A stretch of 51,348 nucleotides of DNA, filler included, from Sphacelaria rigidula (lineage: Eukaryota): NCBI GenBank assembly GCA_964200075.2. It is 3 parts of 3 records of this genome, joined end to end, with 100 filler letters (N's around TTAATTAATTAA, not from the genome) between each part and the next. Parts side by side here need not be neighbours in the genome. Positions count along the whole stretch, not along the records: positions 1 to 17,051 come from CAXNAA020001177.1; positions 17,152 to 34,201 come from CAXNAA020001178.1; 1 more part is not named here. One strand, given 5' to 3'. The position numbers and the translations under genes were made by a program. Under the pieces are notes generated by a model, which was not told the origin of the DNA, ran no database searches, and worked only from the letters and a program-made list of their open reading frames with translations. Position 1 is the first letter of the stretch. The number at the start of each line of letters is the position of its first letter. Positions 13,621 through 24,990 of this stretch are shown piece by piece.

Positions 13621-13769
13621 TTAGTGTCGCCTTCCTCTCGCACATCCAGCCGATCTGCTTGGACGGCACAAGCAAAGCTCTGCGTGTTCGTCACGATACC
13701 ACACACATCTAGCAAACACACCCGTCATTAAAACAGGTGCGAGCCGATGTCGAATCTTGCTGTTGTTTG

Positions 13770-14074
13770 TTTTTCTTATCTGTCGCACTTTGAACCCCTC
13801 CCTTTCCTCGGGATGACTCCGTGATCTCAAGGGATCAACCCATATCTCCCCGGTACACACCTTGCACTTTAGTCTCGCGGGTGGGGTCAGCACTCCCAAA
13901 TCGCGTCAACTCACGCCAAACAAACTTAGCCAACTACTTTGTTTACTCACGTTCTCACGTTTTCCACGGTGGACATCAGACACTAGGAAGCAAAACCGAA
14001 CGCATCGGCAATCGAACCCTCGTTCTCTCCACCCTAATGGCGACAGTCGGACCATGACACCACCGGGGCGCGGC
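13770..14074 (-). mobile_element. tRNA-derived SINE, family A, copy 2
   Basis: Box A TGGTGTCATGG and box B GGTTCGATTGCC on the minus strand; aligns with 755-1058. Confidence 0.75.
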
Positions 14075-14099
14075 GGCTACACCTGTTATCCACTGCCGA

Positions 14100-16480
14100 A
14101 GCTACGCGGTGTCACTTTAAGTGATTGCCATCGAACACCTACAAAACTTCGGTACGACGAGTGTTTGAATGAGAACGTCCGTCGTTTTCGTGTTCAGGTG
14201 TAGTCTCCCATCGAATCATGGAACTGTTCGGGGCGTACAATTCCCTTCGCTACGACACATCGCGGGTACGCCGCGCTCTTATGTAGAGGTGTTACACCGG
14301 GTGAGACAAGGATCGTAGACGTCTTACCTTTGGAGGCACACACACTCGTCGTCTGCCGCTTGGGTCCACACATGAGCATCTGTCACGCGAAGACCGCGAG
14401 TGCACACGGGCGTTGATGACTTACTTCGTACATGCTGATCGGCGATTCGAGCAAGGAAAAGACGAGCAAGTGCGACAACCGTTGACAAATGAGTTCTTAA
14501 AATCGTTGATAAGCAACTGCACGTAACCACTGGCGATAGGTTTCGCATGACGATTTTCTTGAAAATTGGATGCACCATGTCAATGTTTCACCCGGGCATT
14601 CTGTTGGTGTTGTCACCCGTGACAACGAACGATGTCGCTTATATTTCCCAAGCGTTCTTAACAATAAAAGGGTTCAGTCTACAGCTTCGCCATCACTGTG
14701 AACAAGTGGTGTCAACACAGGCAACAGGGGATGTACGCTGGGCCTCCCTGTCTACATGAGGCAGCCAAGAGTGCCCGGTTGGGATGAACAACGGCGAATG
14801 TTCTACCTTGCCGCACGAGTAACCGTGATGAGGGTGTCATGTTCCAGTATTGCCTCGGAAGCCAGCCGAAAGATGCAGTGACGCTGATCAGTTCCCTGCA
14901 CTTGCTAGGCCTACTACCAGAGGGATACACAAGGCATGCGTAAGCGTTAAAAATTGGTCTCATCTGACGGATAAGATAAACATTCTCATCGAAGCGTGAT
15001 TGAACGCAGCTATCCAACGTCGCGGTATGGCAGTCTGTACCATCTACTTCCTGACATATTGCATGCAGGGCAGAGCTAATGGCCGCAGAGGTAATTGTGC
15101 GATGTGACCGAACACGTACAGAGGACACATCAGCACATACCTTTTGAACACCTGCCTTTCAGTTCGCAAAATCGTCCCAGTGGGGTCGCGATAATTTGCC
15201 AGCACTGTGTCCACTTCGTCTCTAGAGTAATTGAACGACGTTACCGCACCGCGCTGCGAGTCGATGGCATTTTCCCATTCCTATGTACACCGGGTAATCA
15301 ATGTGGACACGCAGTGGCCAAACGTGACAGTCGAATGGCTGATACGTGGCTCAAGCAGGATGGTCGGTCGGGTGGAGTTAAGGAATTATCTCCTAAATTC
15401 TAGGGTGCTCAGCAGTAGTGACCATCGATCCCAATACAGCGCATGCGGTAGGGTAAGGTATTCTCGACACAAGTATGGTGACAGCAGGAGCTGGGTGAGC
15501 GCTGAGGAAAGCAGCCTCATGTGTAGAACCATTTTTTCATGAGCACAATGATGAGGTGCACTGAAGGACTACGCTATATACGCTACGTGGTTTCGAAGGC
15601 GAAGCAATTCGCTGACTCTGTCAAGAGCCCAATGCAACACACGTTTTCGAGAGCCGGCAGCATGGTGTCCCAGAGTCGCTCGTAAATCAGGGCGTAGAAG
15701 TGGTCGCCACTCTTTCCTATTTGGACGTCGGGCTCGAAAAATGACGGATCGGCAAGCCCTCGTGCTTGCACCTAGTAGATCAAGAGCATGAGATGCGGTG
15801 GGAAAATGATGCCCGCATAAGGGGTTCACACGTGCTTTCCTTCACATAAGTAATCAGAAAATGAATCGCTAGCGTTACAGCAAGGGGCACACGGTGAAAT
15901 GGAATCAGCGTACTGATAGCATATGTCTTGATCACGTGCCTGCGTGTTCCAGAGGTCGTCAACGAGTTACCTGAGTCGGGGTAAAGTCTTCGACTGCGTT
16001 GCCCTCAAAGAGGAACTGATATTGCCTGCGGTCAAGTTCGCTTCAGGATTACTGCTTTTCAAGTTACACAACACCTCCACCCGCATGAGTGGATCGATGC
16101 ATTTTCCAAGCTGAGCTTAATGTAGGAGATCACCAGAGACGTGATGAGGCAAGCCACAATGCACAGCCTTGAAGTGCGGACCGGGTTTGAGCCAACATAG
16201 GTGTATGTACGTTCCCATTGAGCCACTTGCATGGGACGTTTACGTTCGTGCTTTACAAGTCCTTCAGGTCCGCTACCACGACTGGTGCAACGATAATAAC
16301 GTACCCTGTCCACGCGTTTGCAACGTTGGTACTCCAAGGCAGTACCCGCACACCTCGAGCCCATTTTTCCTGTTGCACTGCACAAGTACGGTAGGCCGCA
16401 GCACTCGCCCAGGTTGTCCACTTTTTACAACGGAAGTCGGGTGGGTCGAAAGAATGCGAGCTTGATTCCCGACAGACGCA
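14100..16480 (-). pseudogene. Decayed coding relic of unknown family
   Basis: Protein-like minus-strand fragments (DHFYALIYERLWDTML, YLIRQMRPIFNAY, FVVTGDNTNRMPG) with many disablements. Confidence 0.25.
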
Positions 16481-16901
16481 AGTTAAATTTTCTTATAAGT
16501 ATCTGTTTTTCGTTGTTGGAAACCATAGGGTGTGAACAGCGACAACGTTTATTTGGCGAAAGTCAACGCAAGGCGGGAGTACTGATAGTCATGATCCAAT
16601 CGGAGATACCAAAATGCTGCGTGTACAGGGGGGGGTACTCGTGCGAACAGAGGCAGAGATGCGCAGGCCCCCTCACCACGGACGCATCGGGAGAAATGGA
16701 AGAAATTGAAAGCGCGGAAAAAAAGGAGTGCCATATTGCGCTGTAATTTTACCCTGCATGTAGGCAAAGCAGGGTTTGTTCATGGATGAATCAGTACAGC
16801 CGGGAAAACGAGCAGTGTGTCGTCGCTTCCTGCTGCACGCATTCTACGTTTTGTCTATACCTGCTAGTGTTCCATGATGGGCAACTATCTTGGCAACACA
16901 A

Positions 16902-16995
16902 GGGGGTGTACTCATGATCATGCTTGCCATAGTCATAAGACCATTGACCTCGCATCCCTCCAAAGCCGGGACGGAGCACGCCGAGTTTTCGCCGA
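16902..16995 (-). repeat. Repeat family X
   Basis: Close reverse complement of 34302-34375; partly homologous to the LINE Y 3' end. Confidence 0.8.
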
Positions 16996-17051
16996 AACAA
17001 CGTCACACGGAATAACGAAGCGCGGGGAGAGGGGGTGGGTCTGGCGGGTCG

Positions 17052-17151
17052 NNNNNNNNNNNNNNNNNNNNNNNNNNNNNNNNNNNNNNNNNNNNTTAAT
17101 TAATTAANNNNNNNNNNNNNNNNNNNNNNNNNNNNNNNNNNNNNNNNNNNN
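17052..17151. other. Artificial contig spacer
   Basis: 100-base N run containing TTAATTAATTAA, which gives stops in all six frames. Confidence 0.97.
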
Positions 17152-18118
17152 TACAATGAGTTGCTTTATATTTTGGTATCGCCACTTCCCGAGACAGTCA
17201 CGACTTATACACTGCCTCATGATACTCATATACAATGCGATGGGGGGGGACTACGCAGCAACAGGGAGATAAAAGCCGGGATGCAGCCGAAGTTCAGGTT
17301 TGGTGTGCCCGAAGTGCGACTTCAGAACCTCTCCGGGAGTGAGCACGAGCCCATCCAAGACGACACTCAGGGTACGAAGCCAAAGGTCGTCGATGAGAAC
17401 TTTTCGTTCAGCGCGGCGGATCAATTATCGCGTGTCATGAGCAAAAACTTGATGTCAATTGAAAAAACAATTCGTCAGGACGCAACACACAACTCAAAGC
17501 AATCGTCCGGCGGGAATACGGCCTATCACAAGGGCGGTATAATGGTCATTCCCGGGGGAACACTGGACCACGAGCAACGAAATGACACAAGAGAACACAC
17601 CCGTGTCGCCAGCTGACCAGGCTGCGCCACGGGATAGGGATAGAACAAACAAACGAACGTATCCAGATGAAATGTCGAAATACAGTAACTCACCTCGACC
17701 TAAAACAGTCGTCGGGCATAAATACGGCCTACAACCAGAGCGGAATGATTAGCAGTACACGGTGTAAACAAGGACCCGTGCAATAAGATGATGTAAGAGT
17801 GTACTTCCGTGCGGCGAGCACTCTTGGCTGACGGCAGGGGGTTGAGCAGTAACAACGACAAACACATCCTGAGAACTAGTCATCAAAATTACAAACATGT
17901 GGGAGGCTGGACTAAATCTATAGTCCTCTCATCGCGTAAAGAAACCTCGAAGACAAAAAACTCCCGCTAGATGCTCAGGGGACACGGACAGAGATGCGAC
18001 AGCGACAAGAAATGTGACTACGGGTACTAGAAACGCAGTCACCAGGAAGCCAACTCAGCACAAAGAAACACGGTACCAAAACGTGTGAGGGGCTACAATG
18101 CAGCAAAGGGGAGGGGGG

Positions 18119-18352
18119 GGGCTACGATCTGATGTCTGACCGGATCGGATTGGGGGATCTAAATCCGCCAAGGTGAGGAGGGCTACGATCTGATATCTGA
18201 CCAGATCGGATTAGGGTTCTGAAATCCACCAAGGTGAGCTCATCGCTCGCCGCATCGCCGATGGATGCGGACGGTGTGTCGTAGCAACTCAAGTATAGGC
18301 CTACGATACAACCGGTGTTTGGGGGCTACGATCTGATATCTGACCAGATCGG
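18119..18352. repeat. Two tandem ~61-bp units plus a third partial unit
   Basis: gggctacgatctgatatctgaccagatcgg or a close variant at ~18119, 18180 and 18323. Confidence 0.85.
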
Positions 18353-18544
18353 GGGGAGGGGTGCTAGCAGCCAGGGCAGCGGCATATGGAACGGGCACGT
18401 GAGCTGCGTCCGAAGGCGTCTCTTCTACAAGTCAAAATGTTCGAGCTCGAGTATTATTTTCATAGTACAGCAAAAAATTATACTTTGCAGTGATAAGGGG
18501 GGGCATGGTGCGCTAGAAACCCTGCGCGGATGGGGCCATTTCTC

Positions 18545-18690
18545 TCTCCTCGACAAGGGGCGGGGCCCATCTGATACTACAAGGAAATGCTCGAATCGGG
18601 CCGGACTGAAGTGATGTCAAACATCGTGGGTGGTCACGCAAAACGTGTGGGCTTCCATCCGAGGGCAAGTTTTGTCCCCTAAAACCACAG
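18545..18690. repeat. Repeat B, copy 1
   Basis: gactgaagtgatgt...caaacatcg...gcaaaac...gtgggctt...catccg is shared with 30444-30575. Confidence 0.75.
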
Positions 18691-18963
18691 TGTAATATGA
18701 AAGGCTCAACACACCTTCCTAGATGAGTATTTATCAATGTGCTGCAAGCTTGGTAGAATGCACGAGGTGCAATGTGTCCGAGCAGAACAAGCTGCAGGTG
18801 TGTGATTCACGCACAGGTTCACGCGACTGTTGGTCACCAGTAGCAAACAAACAAAGGAGCTCGAAGGCTAGGTATCTTGTTATTCTCGCTTGCTATTCTC
18901 TTGCTCGCTTAGCGTACTGTTCTCACCGAAGGTAAGTAGTAGATGCAGAGGGTCCAGCTCAGA

Positions 18964-19141
18964 GACCTAGGCTCGAGAAGGCGTTCCTTCTCCTCGGGGT
19001 TAGGGTACGCAAGTCTGCATGCCAATCTTCCCTGAACTATGGGAGTAATGCCATGAACAGATCGAATGATCTGTAAGTCAACCTGCCCCAAAACTGTCTG
19101 AAGGAACAAATAACGCCTCTCTATCTTCCTTCCTCATGACA
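18964..19141 (-). repeat. 3' LTR, conserved part
   Basis: About 13 differences from 30259-30437 by manual count. Starts TGTCATGAGG on the minus strand. Confidence 0.88.
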
Positions 19142-19152
19142 CTCACCCGCCC
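19142..19152 (-). promoter_or_regulatory. Polypurine tract
   Basis: Minus-strand gggcgggtgag directly abuts the TG start of the 3' LTR. Confidence 0.65.
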
Positions 19153-19829
19153 AGACGAACCTCTATTTGAGTTGCGATGAAATCCCAAGAGCGAGTAAAA
19201 TTGAGGCTTGTCTCACCCATCAAGTCATGAGGAGACAACGCGAAAAAAACCCAAGAGGGCAATGGTCAGCCCGTGCCCGATCCTCCCACACCTCAAAGGA
19301 GAAAAACCAAAGGCGTATCAAAAAGCGCAATTACGCAATTGCGGTTGACTGTGCAGTAGCACATAATGCTGCTGCGAGCTAGCGAACAGACGGAAAAAAC
19401 ACACAATGCTTTGACGCGCTAGCTAGATAAAGAGCAAAGGAAAACCTCGCAAAGAACACAGTGGCAATCTCAAGCAGGGAAACAGAAACTCAAGGACCCG
19501 AATAGGGTCGAGTGCCAGCCGGACGAAATGGTGGTAGCGTAGAGGCCAATGAAAGGGGTTGAAGGAGATCAAAAGGAAGGCGTCGGAGGGGTCGATGAGA
19601 GCAGAGATGAGCCGCGATAGGAGAGCCATAGTACGTGAAGCAGTGAAGAGGAGAGCGTACCTGAATGGGGATAAGGGAAGTACCAGAACCAAACTGGGAG
19701 GGGAGAGAAAAATCGCGATAAAGGGAGTGCAAAGAGATGGGACTCAAGATGGTGCATTGATGTCGTGTGTACGATCGATATTGCGCTGAAAACCTCGGCG
19801 TAGGCCGTGTGACTTGAAGCGTTGTAGGC

Positions 19830-20015
19830 ACCAGGAACCGCGGGGTGCGGAGGGGCTAGTCGTGTATAAATCGGGGCGAAGCTTGAGCTGAACGGGCCCA
19901 GAATCGTCGAGGAAACGCACGATGTACCTGTCGGCCGTGAGGGCATCGACGGAGTGGATCTGACCTAGCCACCAAAGGTAATCGCTGCCCTTTATACCAC
20001 AAATAGGCACCTTTA
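19830..20015 (-). pseudogene. Tudor/PWWP-like domain at the Pol C-terminus
   Basis: After removing one G near 19989 the translation is GAYLWYKGSDYLWWLGQIHSVDALTADRYIVRFLDDSGPVQL. Confidence 0.55.
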
Positions 20016-20199
20016 GGGAGCGGTTGATGTTTTACGCGAATCTTTTCGTCCCATTGTTTGGTGGGTACGAGTTCGTAACCATCGGCTACAAAACGTCGTC
20101 CTTTGTCGCGGTGGAGTTCGCGGGCTGCAGCACCGCGTCTCATATTGCGATATCCCTTGTTGTCAGCGAGCTGTTGCTGTGGGGATTGCGTCCAATAAA

Positions 20200-20346
20200 G
20201 ACGATAGCACGACGGTGCAGTTGAAGGTCGGACTCGCGTTCCCAAGACGCACACCGAAGACCTTGCCAATGTGTCTTGTACATAACAGCAATTTTGCAGC
20301 GAGGACCTCGAGTGATTTGGTGGCCGGATATGTGGGACACGGCCAA
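20200..20346 (-). pseudogene. Chromodomain of integrase
   Basis: AVSHISGHQITRG...AVMYKTHWQGLRCASWERESDL fits the Y-x3-W-x-G...W-E-x-E-x-x-L chromodomain pattern. Confidence 0.78.
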
Positions 20347-20559
20347 GCGGAGAGGTTATTCAGTCACGTCATCGGTGGTAACGTGGTACGGTGGAGAGTT
20401 TGCTGAGTAGCTGTTGAGCACGTATTGAGTGAGATCTGCAGGCAGGTATTGAGGTATGTCAGTAGTGTCATGCGGGTTCGTGCAAGGCTTGCAACGATGC
20501 ACAGAGACGCGAGATTTAGCGTCACGTCCCTGGAGATCACGAGGTAAATCGAGGTAGAG

Positions 20560-21700
20560 GAGTTTGTCGCCAACAGGCTTGCCGTCTAGGGACGTTGGCG
20601 AGGTTCCTACTATGAGAATCTTGGACGGATCCGTCCAGTTAAGGGACAGTTTGGTCTTCAAGACTGTTGCATGAGCAGCGCGGTCAGCGCCTTGACGGAT
20701 GGTGGACAAACTGTTGTAGATCCAGATCCAATCGCCGATTTTCCAAGTAGGACGTTTGTGCATCAAGTTGTAGAGGGTGGTATTGGATCTTTCAAGGCGT
20801 GAGGCGTTGATAGCGTGTTGTTCGCGCACCAAAGTGAACACCTTGCGCCGAGGAGCCCTGGCGAGGTCGTGGTAGGACATCTGATCCTTTTCCAGACCTT
20901 GGTGGCCATCGAAGGTATGTCTTTCGAAAACGGTGATGGGCAGACGAGAGTAGCGTCCAAGGTGCAGCTCGTTGGGCTAGAGGCCTGTAGCCGCGTTGAC
21001 CGAATTGTTGTAAGACAGCATGACGTGCAAAAGATGAAGGTCCCAGTCATTCTGGCGGTCGTTTACGACCATGGATAGCATTTGAGCCATAGTGTGGTTC
21101 ACACGTTCAGTTCCATCGTTACCGTTAGGGTGGTAGGCGCTCGTGGCAATTTTACGAATGCCGAGGAGCTCGTACAAAGTATCCGAGAGTTCGGAGCAAA
21201 ATTGTTGACCATTGTCGGAGAGGAGCCGTTTCGGGCAGCCATAGTGCTTAATGTAGTCATGGGCGAGAATGTCCGCTGTGCCGGCAGCATTGAAATCGCT
21301 AGCAGTAACAGCCTACATAGACGCGTGACGGCTGAAGCGATCGGTGAAAGCAGAATGTAGGTATTATCACGGTCAGTGGTGGGTAAAGGGCCGAAGTATT
21401 CAAACGATACGAAGTGACCAGGAGCGTTTGGAAGGTCCATGAAAATCACCGGCCATCGTATAGTCTGTCGAGAGGTTTTGCGAGCTTGACATTTGAAACA
21501 TCGTCGGATCCAAGAACGCGTGGATGCTCTCATGCCGATCCACCAATAAACGCGTTCAAGGAGCGCTAACGTGCGCCTGACGACGAAGTGGCAGGACAAA
21601 TCAGAGTGACAGCCCTTCATGGCCCACGGACGCATCATGATAGGGACATAGATGCGGATAGGGGCGTCATGACGCATATGTGCCGGAGTGGCAGTTGTTA
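20560..21700 (-). pseudogene. Gypsy integrase (HHCC zinc finger, DDE core, GPY/F-like region)
   Basis: HSDLSCH...YWWIGM...CFKCQARK, EYFGPLP, LSDNGQQF, TSAYHPNGNDGTERVNHTM and LSLNWTDPSKI; frameshifted. Confidence 0.92.
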
Positions 21701-22547
21701 CTACGGCAGCCGTGCCCAAATGGGAGTTGGATCGGCGAACAAGCAAATGGACGTCGTCGTCAGTCGTGAAGATAGTACCTTTGCGTGCAAGCTCGAGCAC
21801 TTCAGAGGCGTTGGAGGCGGGTAGAGTGCCCACGGGGGTCAGGACCTCAGCCGGGAAAGGGGTGGAGCAGTTAAGCCGTAAATACCGCATTATCGCGCGA
21901 CAGAGCGGTTCCTGTTGTTGGACGCGAGCCCAATCGCAGTGAAAGTAGCTAGCGAGAAATTCTCGAAGTTGTCCTTCAGCCGGAGAGGCAACCAAACATG
22001 GTGGCTCAGGAAGGGGTGGCATAGGTGAGGAAGCAGGGGTGCCGACGTCAACATCTTGATCCGGAAGCGAATTTGACGCATGTGTATCGCGAGTCAGAGG
22101 CGCAGGTGCAGGGAGATTCCCAGAAGGCGGCGTGGGGGTAGTGCGAACTGGTGAACGTGATCGGCGCGTTGGGCGCACAAGGGGCGCGGACTTTGTCGGT
22201 ACAGCACTGGGCACGCGACCGGTTGTGATAGGCGTTGTACGGCTCGTGGGGGCACGAGGCGGCGGCGGCGGTGGTATCACGGCACGCGAAGAATTTGCAC
22301 GAGCTGCCGACCGAGAATGCGTGTTGTCGGAGATGAGGTAAATAGTTGGTGGTGGCGGCGCCGAGATGTTCGCGCGAGGGCCGAAAGTGCGGAAGTCGGC
22401 AAAATCAGCAGTTGTGGGCGCCAAGCCATCCAAAACTGCATCAGGGGGCAGAGGGCGCCCCCCCCCCATGTGCAGACCTGTTTCAGGACATTGCAGGTCA
22501 AGCGCGTAGATGGGCGTAGAAAAACGCCGAATGGGGTAAACGCCTGG

Positions 22548-23174
22548 TTAATCAGGTTCAGTCAAGCGGCAAGCGGAACTGAAATCTACCGCTGTAGGGG
22601 GCAGAGGCAATCGCGAAAGAAGGTCAGGATTGCCGTTGGTTTTGCCCGGACGGTGTTTAACAGTGTATTGGTAAGCAGTCAAGAACTCCAGCCACCGTTG
22701 TACGCGGGGGTTATGTTCCCCAACCTTAGCGAGTTGTTCAAGAGCTCCGTGATCTGTATAGATGTGGAAAGGCACGTGGAACAAGTACTGTCGAAGCCGT
22801 TTGATAGCCCAAGTTATGACTCCGCCTTCTAGTTCGAGTGGACTCCAGTTTGCCTCGTTTGGGAGGGTTGCGCCGCTGATGTACAAAATAGGTCGGACAG
22901 AGCCATCCAGTTGAGGCTGATTCAAAACTGCACCGAACCTGTCTGTGCTAGCATCGGTGTGTAGGTGAAAAAGACATGAGCCGTCTTGTACCGCATCCCA
23001 ATCCGGAAAACAAATAACCGGTTTCTCGGTCAATGTTTTGAGCAATTCGCCGAAGGTGGCTTCCATTTCTTTAGTGAAGACAAGCGGGACGTTTTTCTTC
23101 AATAAATCGGAGATGAGCCGGATCCGCGTGGACGAGTTGGGCAAAAATTTGCGATAATAAGGAAGTCCGCCCAA
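22548..23174 (-). pseudogene. RT connection and RNase H
   Basis: YYRKFLPN...LHTDAS...GAVLNQ...ELE...IYTDH...RVQRW...HRPGKTNGNPDLLSR. Confidence 0.93.
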
Positions 23175-23907
23175 CAGCGAGCGAAGCTGCGAATATTGGT
23201 GCGCATGGGCATATCAGTCATAGCCTTGACTTTGTTCGTGTCTGGGTGCAATCCAGCAGGAGAGATAGAGTGCCCCAAAAAATCCAATTCAGACGCTCCG
23301 AGTCGAGCTTTGGATGGAGACAATTTCAAGTCGTGTGTACGTAAGCGAGAGAGGAATTCCCGTAGAGTGCGAACATGCTCCTTGGGGGAGGCGGCAAAAG
23401 CGATGCATCGTCTAGACACATGATAACATGCTCGAGACCGTCAGTAACGCGTTGCATGAGGCGTTGAAAGCAGCCGGGTGCTGTTGCAGCGCCTTGTGGC
23501 ATACGAAGCCATTCATAAAGCCCTGAAGATGTACAGAACGCTGTCAAGGGAACTGTATCGGGGTGATTGCTCGCATTTTGGAAAAATCCATATGCCAGAT
23601 CGAAAGTGCTGCGTATTTTTCCTTCGCCGAGAGAGTCGAAGACTTCGTCGATGCGAGGTATGGGGAGTTTTCCCACGACAGTGACGCTATTCAGCCCTTT
23701 GTTATTCACGGTGATGCGTATGTTGCCATCTTTTTTGGGGACGACCACGAGGGGTGAGGTCCATGACGAAGACGAGTGTTGAATCAGACCAGCTCCTAAG
23801 TATGCATCCAAAATAGCATTGAGTTTTTTGGTGAGGAGGGGATTCGTTCGATATGGTCGAGATGAGATTGGCGAAACGCCAGGTTGCAGGGTTATGTCGA
23901 ATGGCAA
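23099..23907 (-). pseudogene. Gypsy reverse transcriptase
   Basis: RPYR...WTSPLVVVPKKDG...FDLAYGFFQ...TAFCT...YEWLRMPQG...CLDD, then a frameshift, then LDFLGHSIS. Confidence 0.95.
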
Positions 23908-24736
23908 TGTTTTACAATGCCCAAGATCCGTCTAGGATCGAGAAAATCTATCCTGATATTCCAGGAGAACATCTTGTAACTCTTGGATGACAGCGGGCTA
24001 CCAGCCCGGACCATGTAGATCTAAATGGACATCACGCAAATGGGGTGGAAGGTGGTGCCACATTTGCAGGAAGTGTTCCGGAGACTCGATCGATAAGCGT
24101 TGAAGCACTTCATCAGGAGGTTCAGCAGGTGGTTGGTCGGATTCCACCGCAGAAAATCCGAGTCGGGGGTGAGGGGAATAGATCAAAGTATGTCTCATCA
24201 ACGTAGTAAACAGAACCATCAGTCGGCGGTGTGGGATCAGGCGCCGGAGGGTCGGCTACACAGGTATCCAGAGAAATGTGCATAAGAGGAGCCGCGGCGA
24301 TGCCCAAGACATCGCCAGGTTCAAAATTAGCGTGGCCTGCGAGAGGCAGTAGTTGTTCGCCGTCCGAGACAAAGTGCTCAGTGCCAGCGGGCGCACCAAC
24401 TTTAGGCAGCAATTCTGCAAGGTAGTGGCCGGTGAGGGCAGGCATACCGTTGCGGCGAACAAGCAAAACTTCCAAGAGTTGAGGCTCGTCGGAAAGGGTG
24501 ACACCAGAATTGCCATTGTACCGAAGGTGGTAAGCCGCTCCGGTAGCCTACTCACTCTTTTTGTAGGCTATGGCACCACTGAGGGTACCAAAGTGTTCTA
24601 GTTGGAGTTCTCCACGAGGCGCCGACTGAGGCGATAATGATGGGAGGGTGCGATACGTACGTTGGTCGAACCGCATGTAGCTATCTCTGCCAAGGAGGAG
24701 AGCATGATGCATGGTGCTATTAGGGACGATGTAAGC

Positions 24737-24990
24737 CTAGACTGCAAGGCTAGCCGAACGTGTATCATTGTGGAAAAATTGCACACTAAGACGAACGGAT
24801 TTTCGTGTCGTCAAAGGTGTGTTGGAGTCGCCGAAACCGCCCCAAACGCGAGGTTGGGTGGTGATTTCACAGACATCGAAAGCAGCACTAGTTTGCTTTA
24901 TATGATTCCACATGGATTCTTTGATGAATATCTGTGGACTACCGCTGTCTAACAACGAGACACACTTGACGCGCGCGGTGGCGTAAGGGT
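24737..24990 (-). pseudogene. Retropepsin-like aspartic protease
   Basis: Active-site motif LLDSGS located between gag and RT. Confidence 0.85.

Noticed and set aside
17052-17151. TTAATTAATTAA motif inside N runs (also 34202-34301)
   Set aside because: It is an assembly linker, not biology.
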